64,000 nucleotides of DNA from an uncultured bacterium (lineage in GTDB: Bacteria; Actinomycetota; Acidimicrobiia; Spongiisociales; UBA5794), in assembly GCA_963801165.1 (NCBI GenBank), contig CAWDDT010000010.1, positions 192,001-256,000 of the forward strand, given 5' to 3'. Below the pieces are notes generated by a model. The model did not search any database, was not told where the DNA came from, and saw only the letters and a program-made list of their open reading frames with translations. Each line of letters begins with the position of its first letter. Position 1 is the first letter of the stretch. Positions 28,080-38,474 of this stretch are shown here, piece by piece. Made by a program: the position numbers and the translations under genes.

Positions 28080-29030
28080 TTAGGGCTCGGCAAGCCGTCG
28101 TTGGAACTCTGCGAAGGGGAGGACGTCGCCGTCCTTCGAGATGATCAATGCGGCCCGGTCGGCCTGAGCGACGAGCTTCTCTTGTTCGATTTCCAACACG
28201 AGAGTGATCAGCGGGCTGTCGGCGTTCTTGTCCCGCCCTCGTGCCAGCCGGTGCGCCAGCGTCTCTGCAGGCGTGCTGAACAGGAATATCGGGTAGTCGA
28301 CGCCCTCGAGCAATGGATTGTTGCCGTGGGTCCACTCGATGATGAGCACCCGGACGTCGGAGAGATCAACCGGTTCGTAGCGAACATCGTCGGCGGTTCG
28401 TCCCATCCGCTTCAGATTGATCCTGTCCTGGCCGGCCTTGAACGACTCGATGATGGTGTTGACCATCGAGAATTCGGTCTCGCGTTCCGTGCCCAGATAC
28501 TCGACGAGAGCCTGCCGTCCGGCATCGTGGTAGACCGTCATCCACGTTGCATCGTCATCGGGGTAGGTCCTCGGATCCATATCCTTCATCTCCGGCCACA
28601 TCTGCCTGAGGGCCTTCATCCGGGCGTTGCTGAATTCCGCGTCCCGGGCCAAAGCGCTCAGGGCAGCATTCCGGTATACGGACAAGCGCTCGAGATCGTT
28701 GTGCTGGGGTATCCGATACGGGTAGTTGTCGCCCGACATGACGTAGGAGGCGAAACCCTGCTGCCGGAAGTATTCCCCGAGCACGGAGGCGATCTCGGAC
28801 TTGCCTACTCCAGATCCACCGTAGACCGAGACGACGACCCGGTCGTCGGGCGCTTCGGTCAGCCGTTGCAGCAGATAGGGAAAGATGGTGCTGGCTTTCC
28901 CGATGTGCGACTCGTTGATTCGTACCTTGTCGCCCGGCATGTCACCGGTCTTCACCGAAGCGACGTCGATCTGAGGGGGCGTCCATTCAGGGCGAACCCC
29001 GGTCGGGTCCGTGTTGGAGTTCTCAGTCAT
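28080..29030 (-). CDS. P-loop kinase of the uridine kinase/PRK-like fold, substrate unknown
   Basis: VSVYGGSGVGKSE Walker A; SGDNYP, IIEWTHG and R..RGRD lid motifs. Confidence 0.75.
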   Translation of the reverse strand: MTENSNTDPTGVRPEWTPPQIDVASVKTGDMPGDKVRINESHIGKASTIFPYLLQRLTEAPDDRVVVSVYGGSGVGKSEIASVLGEYFRQQGFASYVMSGDNYPYRIPQHNDLERLSVYRNAALSALARDAEFSNARMKALRQMWPEMKDMDPRTYPDDDATWMTVYHDAGRQALVEYLGTERETEFSMVNTIIESFKAGQDRINLKRMGRTADDVRYEPVDLSDVRVLIIEWTHGNNPLLEGVDYPIFLFSTPAETLAHRLARGRDKNADSPLITLVLEIEQEKLVAQADRAALIISKDGDVLPFAEFQRRLAEP

Positions 29031-29187
29031 CCAGGTCTTCTCTCCAGGACATGCCGGCAGAGCTCGCCGCCGGATCCGCGAATACACCACCGACGATAAT
29101 CGAGACGGCACCCGGGTTCAGGCCCGGCGGGGACGGCATTTAGCCGAACCTCACCGGGCTTGGCATCATCGGCCGCGTCCGATGCCG

Positions 29188-29997
29188 CTACTGGGCGGAC
29201 GGCGGCTTGATCAGATTGAAGATGGCTCCTGCCGGGTCGGCGACGACCGCTATCCGACCCGAAGGAGTGTCCATCGGGCCGGTCATGACGGAGCCTCCCA
29301 GCTCGGTGATTTTTGCCGCGTCGGCGTCGACATCAGCGCTGGTGAAATACACACTCCAATAGGCGGGGACCTCGGACGGGAAATCATCACTCATCGTGAG
29401 AATCCCTCCGTTGTACGCGTCTCCGCTCAACGGTGCCTCAAGCGACTTGTCAGGTATCTTGATCACCCAATAGTCGCCCGCACCTTCCATTGGAAACAGC
29501 TCGAACTCCCAGCCCAGGGTTTTGCCGTAGAACTCGCACGCTGCGGCCGCGTCCCGGGTGTTGAGCTCGTTCCAGGTCATCGCGCCGGCAGAGTTGAAGA
29601 CCTCCGCACCGGCGTACTCCCGCGCTTGCCACAGAGCGACGATCGCCCCCTCGGGGTCGGCCACGACGGCCATGCGCCCGGAGTCGAATACGTCCATCGG
29701 AGGCATCACGACCTTGCCGCGGGCGAGAGCCCACCCGTCGACCGCGGTGTTGATGTCGTCGACAGTGATGTAGGCGTTCCAGACCGCGGGCATCTCCTGT
29801 TCCCCGCCGTCAGGCTGGGGCCCGAGCCCGGCGACTACCTTCCCATCGAGCTTGAACATCGTGTACACGTGGTTGCCGTCCGGGTCATGCTGCTCTTCGG
29901 CATCCCAGCCGAAGAGGGCCGTGTAGAACGCGCTCGTAGCCGCCGGGTCCGGTGTTGAAATGTCCGCCCATGCGAAGAGCCCGTGTTGGTACGCCAT
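29188..29997 (-). CDS. Two-domain VOC/glyoxalase protein (CFP32-like)
   Basis: Duplicated W.(D/E)..T.D...FY..(L)GW and GR.AVVADP.GA motifs. Confidence 0.9.
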   Translation of the reverse strand: MAYQHGLFAWADISTPDPAATSAFYTALFGWDAEEQHDPDGNHVYTMFKLDGKVVAGLGPQPDGGEQEMPAVWNAYITVDDINTAVDGWALARGKVVMPPMDVFDSGRMAVVADPEGAIVALWQAREYAGAEVFNSAGAMTWNELNTRDAAAACEFYGKTLGWEFELFPMEGAGDYWVIKIPDKSLEAPLSGDAYNGGILTMSDDFPSEVPAYWSVYFTSADVDADAAKITELGGSVMTGPMDTPSGRIAVVADPAGAIFNLIKPPSAQ

Positions 29998-30166
29998 CCT
30001 CCTGCCTCCTTTTCACGAGCGCGACGATGCTCGGTACCCCAACCATACATTTGCGGTGTGACAAAAAGCGCTGATCGGGCGGGGCAGACATTCGTGCGCC
30101 GAACCGTGCGCGGCGCAGCTCCCAGGCTCGAGACGCGGCGAGACACCGACGCAGCTCACGTTTCGC

Positions 30167-31945
30167 TCACCGGACTTCCTGAGTGCCTCTCACCCAATCG
30201 GCGTACAGAGCCGTGTACACCCCACCATGTCCGACGAGTTCGTGGTGGGTGCCGCGCTCGACGAGACGGCCATCGGCAAAAACCAGCACTTCGTCGGCAG
30301 CCTCCGCCGTGGAGAGCCGGTGCGCCACCGTTACGCTGGTACGTCCTGTGATCAAGCGTTCCATCGCGCGCCTCGTCTGAATCTCGAGCGCAGGATCTAC
30401 CGCAGACGTTGCCTCATCGAGCACCAGGACATCGGGTGCTGCTATCCATGCCCTGGCCAGGGCCACGAGCTGTCGCTCCCCGGCAGAGAGCTGCCCTCCC
30501 CGTTCGCCTACCGGCGTGGCCGGCCCGGCCGGCAACTGGTCCAGCCACGACTCGAGCTCCAGGTCCCGGATAGCGGCCAGTATCTCGTCGTCGCCTGCCC
30601 CGGGCTTGCCGTAGCGAATGTTGTCGGCGATCGTCGCGGCGAAGAGAAAGCCCTCTTGCGGCACGTACGCCAGCCGGCTGCGGAGATCGTCGATCGCAAC
30701 AGAGGTGAGCGGCACCCCGCCAACCAACACCCTCCCGCTCCCCGGGTCGTGAATCCTCGTGAGGAGCTTCGAGAACGTCGACTTGCCGGACCCGGTCTCG
30801 CCGACGACGGCGACCCTTGTCCCAGCGTCGATATGCACATCGAGATGCCTGAAGAGCGTTGTCTCGTCGTTGTAGGCAAACGTCACGTCCTCGAAGTCGA
30901 TGTCGAGGGCACCGGCGGGCAAAGGCACCGGCCGCTCGGGATCGTCGATCTCGACCTTGCTGTCGAGAATGCGAAGGATGCGGCGCACCCCGGCCGCCGC
31001 CGACTGGGCATTATTGAGTGTCTCGACGAGCGTTTGAATCGGTTGCACGAGCAAGTTCACCAGGAACAGAAAGGCGAGCAGCGTTCCGGCGCTCATCCCG
31101 GCTTCGACGCCGGTGACCACACCGATGCCGATGACGGCGGCGGTGATCAGCCCGGCGAACAGCTCGGCGCTCGAGAAGAGGCTCGAACCGAGTAGGGCGG
31201 TTCGGTACTCACTGCTGAACTGGGCGTCGAGGGCGTCTGCGACCTTCGCCCTCGTCTCCTCCTCTGCGCCGTATGCCCGGATCACCGGTAGCCCGGTGAT
31301 CGCTTCACCCATGGCACCCAGGCTCTGGCCGACCCGCTTCCGTACGCGGTCGTGCGCTCGTCCCAGGATACGCTGGATCAAGATCAGCAGCACCGTGTAG
31401 GCGACGACGGCGCCGAGCACGATCATGGCGAGGTCGAAGCGATACACGAGCATCGCTACCAGGGCCACGACGATCTGGGCGACCCCGATGAGCAATCCGA
31501 CACCGCCCCAGTCCATGAAGTCCTGGATCGACCCTATGTCGGAGGTGACCCGGGCCACCAGCGCACCGCGCCGCTCGGCCTCGGTGACCAGGATCGAGAG
31601 TCGGTGCAGATGCTCGAAGGTGCGCACCCGGAGGTGTGACAGACCGGTCGCCGAGGCGTGCGCCAGACGCACGAGAGCCAGACGCCGCACCAGGAACGCA
31701 GCAGACATGGCGACGAGGGCGAGGGTGCCCTTGATTGCGACCGCGGCGGTGTCGACCCGATCGCTGCCGAGCAGGTCGTGGTCGATGATCTGCTGCACCA
31801 CGATAGGCACCACGATCTGGATCAGGGTGCCGAGGGTGGCGAACACAATGGTGAGACCGAGCCCTTTGCGTAGGGCTGGAGTCTCGGCGAAAGCGCGGCG
31901 CAGGGCCCGGAATGCGCCGCTGCGGCTCACGGTCTCCTCGCTCAT
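30167..31945 (-). CDS. ABC exporter, fused TMD-NBD (heterodimer subunit)
   Basis: GETGSGKST, LSAGERQ, LDEATSAVD and AHRLST motifs. Confidence 0.92.
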   Translation of the reverse strand: MSEETVSRSGAFRALRRAFAETPALRKGLGLTIVFATLGTLIQIVVPIVVQQIIDHDLLGSDRVDTAAVAIKGTLALVAMSAAFLVRRLALVRLAHASATGLSHLRVRTFEHLHRLSILVTEAERRGALVARVTSDIGSIQDFMDWGGVGLLIGVAQIVVALVAMLVYRFDLAMIVLGAVVAYTVLLILIQRILGRAHDRVRKRVGQSLGAMGEAITGLPVIRAYGAEEETRAKVADALDAQFSSEYRTALLGSSLFSSAELFAGLITAAVIGIGVVTGVEAGMSAGTLLAFLFLVNLLVQPIQTLVETLNNAQSAAAGVRRILRILDSKVEIDDPERPVPLPAGALDIDFEDVTFAYNDETTLFRHLDVHIDAGTRVAVVGETGSGKSTFSKLLTRIHDPGSGRVLVGGVPLTSVAIDDLRSRLAYVPQEGFLFAATIADNIRYGKPGAGDDEILAAIRDLELESWLDQLPAGPATPVGERGGQLSAGERQLVALARAWIAAPDVLVLDEATSAVDPALEIQTRRAMERLITGRTSVTVAHRLSTAEAADEVLVFADGRLVERGTHHELVGHGGVYTALYADWVRGTQEVR

Positions 31946-33732
31946 CGCCCCTCCTCGCCTGACGACTCGACCGCGTAGGCGTCGACGATGCGGGCGTAGC
32001 CGGGCACGCGCCGGCTCAAGTCGCCGTGGGTGCCATGGGCGACGATCCTGCCATCGTCTATGAAGATGACCTCGTCGGCCAGGGCGATGCTCGACGTCCG
32101 GTAGGCAACGATGATCACCGTAGAGGGCATCTCGGAGTCACGGAGACGCTCGAGGATCCTGGCCTCGACCGACGGATCGACGGCCGAGGTGGCGTCATCG
32201 AGGATCAACAGCCGTGGCTTGCGGACCAGTGCCCGTGCCAGCGCGATCCGCTGCCGCTGTCCACCGGAGAGGCTGGTGCCGCGCTCACCTAGGACCGTGT
32301 CGTAGCCTTCGGGTAGCTCGAGGATGAATTCGTGGGCGCCGGCGAGCCGGGCGGCGTGGGTGACTTCGTCATCGTCGGCGACCACTCCGAAGGCGATGTT
32401 GCCCGTGACGGTGTCATCGAAGAGAAAGGCTTCCTGGGACACGTAAGCGATCTCTCCCGGTAATGCCGAGCGGGCGAAGCTGCGCAGGTCCCGGCCGTCG
32501 ATGGTGATCGCTCCAGATGCCGGGTCCCAGAGACGAGCGAGGAGTGCGGTCAGTGTTGACTTGCCCGATGCCGTCGGGCCGACGACGGCAACGACGCGCT
32601 CGGGTTTGATGGCGAGGCTGAGATCGGAGATCACAGGCTCTCCACCGTCATAGCTGAAGCTGATCTCCGCACCGGCTATGTGGGCTCCGCTCTCGCCGGT
32701 GTCGGGCAGCAGATCGCCGTACGGGACCAGATCGCGCACGTCGTACACGTTCTGCACTCGCTCCCAGCCTGCTCGCGACGAGGCGATCGACCACAGCACG
32801 AACCCGATGATGCGGATCGGGATGAAAAGCAGCGAGAGCAGATACGTAATGGTGACGATGTCCCCGGGCGTTACGTCACCGCTGTTGATCCTGATGGCGC
32901 CGGCCACGAGCATCACCACGGTCACCGCCGACAGTAGACCCTCGACTCCGACGCGGTAGGTAGCCATCATCTGCAGCGTGTAAGTCAGCTTGTCGCGCAA
33001 CTGCTCGGACGCTTTCCGGAAGCGTGCCGTCTCGGTGTCGATCCGACCCAGCGCCTTGATCGTGAGGGCGCCGTCGAGACTCTCGTGAGCGATCGACGAC
33101 ACCTCGCCGCGAAGATCCTGCACGTCCCGGAACGCGTTGAACATCCGCCACGCCCCGTGCATATTGACGGCGACGATCGCGCCCAGACAAACGAACGCCG
33201 TTACCGCCAACCAGAGATCCATGACCAGGATCAAGACCACCGTTCCGACGAGAAGCAGGGACGACCCGATGCCGTAGGGGAGCGGGGCGAGGATGAAAGT
33301 GCCCTGGCGCACGTCGGTGTCGCTCACGGCGAGGAGCGTGCCCGTCGACTGGCGCTGATACCAGGAGAGCTCGAGCTTGAGCAGATGGTCGATCAGGTCG
33401 TGGCGGGCATCTGCCTGAACCCGGAACTGTAGATAGCCGGCAGCGGTGCGGCGCAGCACGATCGCCGCGGCCTTCCACACGGCGACTGCAATGACCGCCC
33501 ACATTGCCGGCCAGAGAAGATCGGCGTAGGAAGCGCCACCCTCGAGCACCGGGATGATGAGCTCGTCGGTCACACGTCCTACGACGATGGCCGAAGCGAC
33601 GATGGCCGAGACAAACAGCGCCGCACCGAGCACTGCGAGCGAGAAGGACCCTGTGCGGGCACCGGCGAACCTGATTGCGATCGCCCCACCCTCGCGCAGC
33701 ATCGACCTCAGAGATGTCTTCTGGGTGGTCAC
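31942..33732 (-). CDS. ABC exporter, fused TMD-NBD (degenerate-site heterodimer subunit)
   Basis: GPTASGKST, LSGGQRQ; LDDATS (E replaced by D) and AYR (H replaced by Y) mark a degenerate site. Confidence 0.92.
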   Translation of the reverse strand: MTTQKTSLRSMLREGGAIAIRFAGARTGSFSLAVLGAALFVSAIVASAIVVGRVTDELIIPVLEGGASYADLLWPAMWAVIAVAVWKAAAIVLRRTAAGYLQFRVQADARHDLIDHLLKLELSWYQRQSTGTLLAVSDTDVRQGTFILAPLPYGIGSSLLLVGTVVLILVMDLWLAVTAFVCLGAIVAVNMHGAWRMFNAFRDVQDLRGEVSSIAHESLDGALTIKALGRIDTETARFRKASEQLRDKLTYTLQMMATYRVGVEGLLSAVTVVMLVAGAIRINSGDVTPGDIVTITYLLSLLFIPIRIIGFVLWSIASSRAGWERVQNVYDVRDLVPYGDLLPDTGESGAHIAGAEISFSYDGGEPVISDLSLAIKPERVVAVVGPTASGKSTLTALLARLWDPASGAITIDGRDLRSFARSALPGEIAYVSQEAFLFDDTVTGNIAFGVVADDDEVTHAARLAGAHEFILELPEGYDTVLGERGTSLSGGQRQRIALARALVRKPRLLILDDATSAVDPSVEARILERLRDSEMPSTVIIVAYRTSSIALADEVIFIDDGRIVAHGTHGDLSRRVPGYARIVDAYAVESSGEEGR

Positions 33733-33820
33733 CCGCGAACCTCGCCTTCCGGGCCGAAGATCCTACCAACCCCTGGGGACGCGACGAACCGCCCAGACAA
33801 TAGCCCGGACTCGCGAGCAG

Positions 33821-34306
33821 TCCCTCCCGCAAGGGGAGGGGCGCTGCCGCGCCACCACCGGAAGCAACGGTGATCCCCCAGTTTCCCTGAACCCACGGTT
33901 TCTCGCCTCATCGCCTTCGCTCCACCAACTTCAGCGACGCTGACGCCACTTTCCCCGAACGGAGAAGGAATTCATCCTCCCTCTGGGAGGATCGACCGGC
34001 CCGGCGGGCCAGGTCGAGGAGGGCCTTGCGAATCGGTCCAGATTCACAGAAAGGATCCAACCCGGATCGCTCAGACGGCCGATGAAATCGACCTCTTCGC
34101 CACCAAGACGCCCATCCGACGGATTGAGGATTTCGGGGGATCGGTCGTGCGGCGGTCGCGGTTGTCTCTTCCCTCCCGTCGGTCACTGCCGCGCCACCAC
34201 CGGAAGCAACGGTGATCCCCCCATGGTGATCCCCCCATAGTGATCCCCCCATAGTGATCCCCCATTTCGGGGGGATCGGGCGGCCCTTTGGGCCGTTCGA
34301 GGGGGG
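33821..34306. repeat. Intergenic cluster of REP-like hairpins, a 36-bp direct repeat pair and a 14-bp tandem repeat
   Basis: CTGCCGCGCCACCACCGGAAGCAACGGTGATCCCCC at 33844 and 34186; about 4 copies of GTGATCCCCCCAT(G/A) at 34212-34265; hairpins ATCCTCCC-TCT-GGGAGGAT and GATCCCCC..GGGGGATC. Confidence 0.8.
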
Positions 34307-34395
34307 AAGGACGAGCGGCGGTCGCTGTGGTGTCTCCCCTCGCCTCGCCTCGCAACACGCCGCACCCGGCACGTTGCTCCATCGATCGTCGATGG

Positions 34396-36018
34396 TTATG
34401 CGCTGTAGTTGCTGGAGGCGCGGAAGGTTTCGTCGATGTGCACGTTGACCAGCGCAGGCAGACCGGACGCCGCGGCGCGCTCGAGTGCGGGCAGGAGTTG
34501 GTCGGGGCGGGTGACCAGTTCGCCGTAGCCGCCGAGCGCGGCAACGACGTCGTGATAGGGGCGTCGTCCCAGGTCGCTGGCGACGAGACGCTCCGGATAG
34601 AACATCTTGTGGAAGGTCTTGATGTTGTTCCACACCCCGTCGTTGCCGACCACGCCGATGACCGGTAGCCCGAGACGCACGAAGGTGTCGAACTCCATCC
34701 CGTTGAATCCGAAGCCACCGTCGCCGAAGACTATACCGACGCGCTTGTCGGGAAACACGGTCTTGGCGGCCAGGGCGAAGCCCGGCCCGGTGCCGAGTGT
34801 GCCGGCAGGACCCGCTTCGAGAACGTGACCGGGCGTGGAGGTGCGCAGCCATTTGGCCGTTGTGGCGACGATGTCACCGCCGTCCACGGCGACGACCGAG
34901 TCGGTTCCGAAGAACCCGGCGACGGTGCGACCAAAGAACTGGGCGCCCACCAGCTCACTGGGAGCGTCTGCCTCCGCGTTGGCGGCGGCCAGCCGCTCGG
35001 CCTCGGCCGCCTGTATCTGCGCCGACCACTCCCGATCGCCATGCGCCACGTCTGGATGTCCGAGGAGTTGTTGTACGAACACACCCGGACCGGCAACGAT
35101 GCCGCGATGCGCCGGCCGGTTCCAGCCGATTCTGGTTGCGTCGGCATCCACCTGCACGACGGTGGCGTCGGCATTGATCTTCCGGCCGAAGCCGGTGCGG
35201 AAGTCCCAGTCGACCCCGAGCGCGAGCACGAGGTCGGCACCGGCGAAAGCCATCGATCGGGTCCGGCTCCCCAGCAGCGGATGGCCAAATGGGAACGAGC
35301 CGCGGGCACCGCTATTGACATAGCTGGGAAAGTTGGCTGTCTCGGCCAGACTCACCAGGGCCTTGGCGGTGTCACCGCGAAAACCGTTGCCCGCAAACAG
35401 CACCGGCCGTTCCGCACCAGCCAGCAAGGCAACGACCGCATCGACTTCCTGAGAAGTGGCGGCGTTTCCCTCGTGTGCCCGGTAGTAGTCGAGGAGTGGC
35501 GTGCTGTCTGCCACCGTTGCTGCCTGGACATCGAGCGGGATGTCGAGGAAGACGGGGCCGCCCCGTCCGGCGAAGGCGTGGCGGGCTGCAATCGAGATGT
35601 AGTCGGCGATGCGTGTTGTCTCCCACACCGTGTCCGCGAATCGGGTGATGGAGGAGAAGAGCCTCGGATGATCCATCTCCTGGAGACCGCCGGTGTGCTC
35701 CTGGTGGATGGGGTGCCGGCCCCCGAGCACCAGCATCGGCGTACAGGAGTAATGGGCGTTCATCACCCCGGTCATCGTGTTGGTGACCCCTGGTCCCGCG
35801 GTGACGGCGGCGACACCGAGTTTCCCGGTGAGCCGGGAGTACGCTTCCGCAGCATGGGCGGCCGTCTCCTCGTGGCGAACGTCGACGACCCGGATGCCCT
35901 CGAGAACACAGCCGTCGAGGATCGGGACGATGTGCCCACCGGTGAGGGTGAAGATCGTGTCGACGCCCTCCGCCTTGAGGGCTCTGGCGAGCAGCTGCCC
36001 ACCGTGAATCTTCTCCAT
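34396..36018 (-). CDS. TPP-dependent enzyme (acetolactate synthase/2-hydroxyacyl-CoA lyase-like)
   Basis: [16 protein letters not shown] and GDGGFG..GND..WN TPP motifs. Confidence 0.85.
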   Translation of the reverse strand: MEKIHGGQLLARALKAEGVDTIFTLTGGHIVPILDGCVLEGIRVVDVRHEETAAHAAEAYSRLTGKLGVAAVTAGPGVTNTMTGVMNAHYSCTPMLVLGGRHPIHQEHTGGLQEMDHPRLFSSITRFADTVWETTRIADYISIAARHAFAGRGGPVFLDIPLDVQAATVADSTPLLDYYRAHEGNAATSQEVDAVVALLAGAERPVLFAGNGFRGDTAKALVSLAETANFPSYVNSGARGSFPFGHPLLGSRTRSMAFAGADLVLALGVDWDFRTGFGRKINADATVVQVDADATRIGWNRPAHRGIVAGPGVFVQQLLGHPDVAHGDREWSAQIQAAEAERLAAANAEADAPSELVGAQFFGRTVAGFFGTDSVVAVDGGDIVATTAKWLRTSTPGHVLEAGPAGTLGTGPGFALAAKTVFPDKRVGIVFGDGGFGFNGMEFDTFVRLGLPVIGVVGNDGVWNNIKTFHKMFYPERLVASDLGRRPYHDVVAALGGYGELVTRPDQLLPALERAAASGLPALVNVHIDETFRASSNYSA

Positions 36019-36512
36019 TACAACTCCTCGAACAGGCGCGGCTGGATCAGGTAGGCGAGGCTACCCATGGCGTCGGGAGCGTGCTCCCAACGATCCATGT
36101 GCATGTCGATCCCGGCCACTGTTGCGGTCTTCATCTCGACCGAGCCCCCGGTGATGGCCCGGATCAGATACCCCCAGGTGGGTTGGTGACCCACCAGAAG
36201 CAGCCGCTCGGCCGCTTCCGGTGCCCGGGCCGCGATGGCCAGCGCCCCACCGGCTGAGGTTCCGTAGAGCTCATCGAGTTCGACCGTCTCCACGTCCCAG
36301 CCCCCGGCATCGGCTGCGAGCAAGGCCGTCTCCCTGGCCCTGGTCGCCGAGGAGGTGTAAATGATGTCGGGCACCTCGCCGATGCGGCTGAGCACCCGAC
36401 CCATGGTCATGGCGGCCTCGGTACCGCGCCGGTTGAGCGGCCGAGTGTGGTCGGAGTCGGCGCCGGAGTTCCAATCCGACTTGGCGTGGCGCAGGATCAT
36501 CAGTCGCTTCAT
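36018..36512 (-). CDS. sixA: SixA-type histidine phosphatase
   Basis: LRHAKSDW, DHTRPLN.RG, SSATRARET and LVGHQP motifs. Confidence 0.85.
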   Translation of the reverse strand: MKRLMILRHAKSDWNSGADSDHTRPLNRRGTEAAMTMGRVLSRIGEVPDIIYTSSATRARETALLAADAGGWDVETVELDELYGTSAGGALAIAARAPEAAERLLLVGHQPTWGYLIRAITGGSVEMKTATVAGIDMHMDRWEHAPDAMGSLAYLIQPRLFEEL

Positions 36513-36701
36513 GGCCGTGAACCATACCGCGATACGGGGCGGGTGCTCGTTGCAGGGTCGAAGCCTCGCCGAATCGGCAGCAGCTACGGATGTCCTGCGG
36601 GTACAAAGAGCGGCGTCTACCGTTGAAGCCGATCTGATTGGCTCTGATGAGATATCGCCCGCCTCTTATGAACCACTTTATGAAGACCTCGGGGACGTAG
36701 C

Positions 36702-37328
36702 TCAGCTCCCGGCCGCCCAGGCGAGCAGCAGCTGTGCGCCGTAGTAGAGGGGCAGGCCGACGAGACGGTTCACGAAGCCGGGGGCATTGAAGCGATCCCT
36801 CGCCACGAAGATGTCCGACAGGTAGAAGCCGACAGCGCCAATCGGGATCCGCCAGTCCGCCGACAGCGTGTTGGTCGAGACGGCGAAAGCGACCATCACG
36901 GAAATGGCGACGATGTAGGCGACCACAGCGGGTCGTAGCTCCTGCGGCACGGTGGGCAGCAACCAGGGCCCGATCGCGGCTCCGGCCAGGGCGACGCCGA
37001 GCAACGGCAGGTATAGCGCCTCACCGAGCCCGCGGTTGATGAAGGCCACCGCATACGCCAGATGGGCTGCCAGAAACACGGCGAGTCCGGCGACGAACGG
37101 ACGCCGCCCGTCGATGGCGAGGAACACGTCGCCTATCAGCGCCAGCAACAACCCGGCCAGCATGATGGTGCCGAAAGTCGAGTCGAGCGCCCCGGCCGAG
37201 ATCCCGACTGCCACGAAGGCCGCCGACGTGGCCAGCTTGGGGTAGCGACGTTGCATCGGCCGGCGAGTCTCGTAGTAGAGCAAAACCCCGAGCAGCAGGA
37301 GACAGATGACGGTGAAGGCCCAAGTCAT
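36702..37328 (-). CDS. YhhN-family lysoplasmalogenase-like membrane protein
   Basis: GDVFL, FLAAHLAY, FYLSD and YYGAQ motifs. Confidence 0.85.
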   Translation of the reverse strand: MTWAFTVICLLLLGVLLYYETRRPMQRRYPKLATSAAFVAVGISAGALDSTFGTIMLAGLLLALIGDVFLAIDGRRPFVAGLAVFLAAHLAYAVAFINRGLGEALYLPLLGVALAGAAIGPWLLPTVPQELRPAVVAYIVAISVMVAFAVSTNTLSADWRIPIGAVGFYLSDIFVARDRFNAPGFVNRLVGLPLYYGAQLLLAWAAGS

Positions 37329-37375
37329 GGGGCAACGTTAGTTCGATAGAGTACGAGCGGATCAGGAGGTAAACG

Positions 37376-37882
37376 ATGGCATTGACCGATGAACTAGCCG
37401 CAGCATTCAACGACCAGGTGACGATGGAGCTGTCGTCTTCCCATCAGTACCTCGCCCTGGCCGCATGGCTGGAGCGGGAGGGCTTTCCCGGGATGGCGGT
37501 GTGGATGCGCACCCAGGCAGCCGAAGAGAACGACCACGCCATGAGGTTCTACCGATTCCTCATCGATCGTGACAAGGCTGTCGTGCTGCAGGCGATCCCG
37601 GCGCCCAAGACTGAGTTCACCACGGTCGTCGAAGTGTTCCAGGCGGCGATGGCTGCCGAGAAGAGGGTGACGGCTTCCATCAACGACCTGTACGGGATGG
37701 CGACGGATGCCCGTGACTTTGCCTCATATCCGTTGCTCGATTGGTTCGTCAACGAGCAGATCGAGGAAGAGGCTACGGTGCAACAAATCATCGATGACCT
37801 GACGCGCATCGAAGGCAACGGCTACGCACTGCTGATGCTCGATCGCGAGCTGGGAACACGTACACCTGGTGTCACCGAGTAG
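37376..37882 (+). CDS. ftnA: Non-heme ferritin
   Basis: E..SS..YL, EE.DHAM and WFVNEQIEEE ferroxidase motifs. Confidence 0.92.
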   Translation: MALTDELAAAFNDQVTMELSSSHQYLALAAWLEREGFPGMAVWMRTQAAEENDHAMRFYRFLIDRDKAVVLQAIPAPKTEFTTVVEVFQAAMAAEKRVTASINDLYGMATDARDFASYPLLDWFVNEQIEEEATVQQIIDDLTRIEGNGYALLMLDRELGTRTPGVTE

Positions 37883-38453
37883 CCGAAGCGCTGGGGATGG
37901 GCAGCCATTCCTCTCCTATCCGGACCCCGACCCGAGCGACGGCGTCGTCATGCTGCGACGCTGGACCATGGACGATGTTGGCTGCATCGAGAAAGCGTCC
38001 TCAGACACGAGGATCCCACAAGGGACGACGGTGCCTGCGGTGTACACGGCGGAGGCTGGGCGGGCGTTCATCGAACGGCAGTGGTCTCGTCAGGCAAAGG
38101 GTGAGGGCCTGTCGCTCGCCATCTCCGTCTCGGGAACCGCGGTTGGTTTGATCTGTCTGATGCACCGAAAGACACCCGGGGTTGCTGAGATCGGCTACTG
38201 GATCGTCCCGGAGGAGCGACGCCGGGGATGGGTGACGCGCGCCATCGGTCTCTTCTCGCGCTGGGCGATCGCAGAAGCCGGGCTGGTGCGGGTAGAGGCG
38301 AGAGTGATGCCGGGCAACGAGCCGTCGCTATGTGCCCTGCGCCGGTGCGGGTTCGTGACCGAGGGGATTCTGCGGCGCCAGTACTTCAGCGGCGGGGAAT
38401 ACCACGACATGGTCAGTCTGTCGCTCATCGCCGAGGATCTGCGCGGACTTTGA
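37869..38453 (+). CDS. RimJ/RimL-type GNAT acetyltransferase (start uncertain)
   Basis: EIGYWI...RRRG and N.PS...LRRCGFVTEG.LR motifs. Confidence 0.85.
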   Translation: MSPSSRSAGDGQPFLSYPDPDPSDGVVMLRRWTMDDVGCIEKASSDTRIPQGTTVPAVYTAEAGRAFIERQWSRQAKGEGLSLAISVSGTAVGLICLMHRKTPGVAEIGYWIVPEERRRGWVTRAIGLFSRWAIAEAGLVRVEARVMPGNEPSLCALRRCGFVTEGILRRQYFSGGEYHDMVSLSLIAEDLRGL

Positions 38454-38474
38454 CTGCGCCTCGGACCGGTGCCA

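Noticed and set aside
31942-33732. Degenerate Walker B and H-loop in an ABC subunit as a novelty
   Set aside because: This is a normal feature of heterodimeric ABC exporters.
33844-34221. 36-bp direct repeats as a CRISPR array
   Set aside because: Only two copies, 306 bp apart, and no cas genes in the window.
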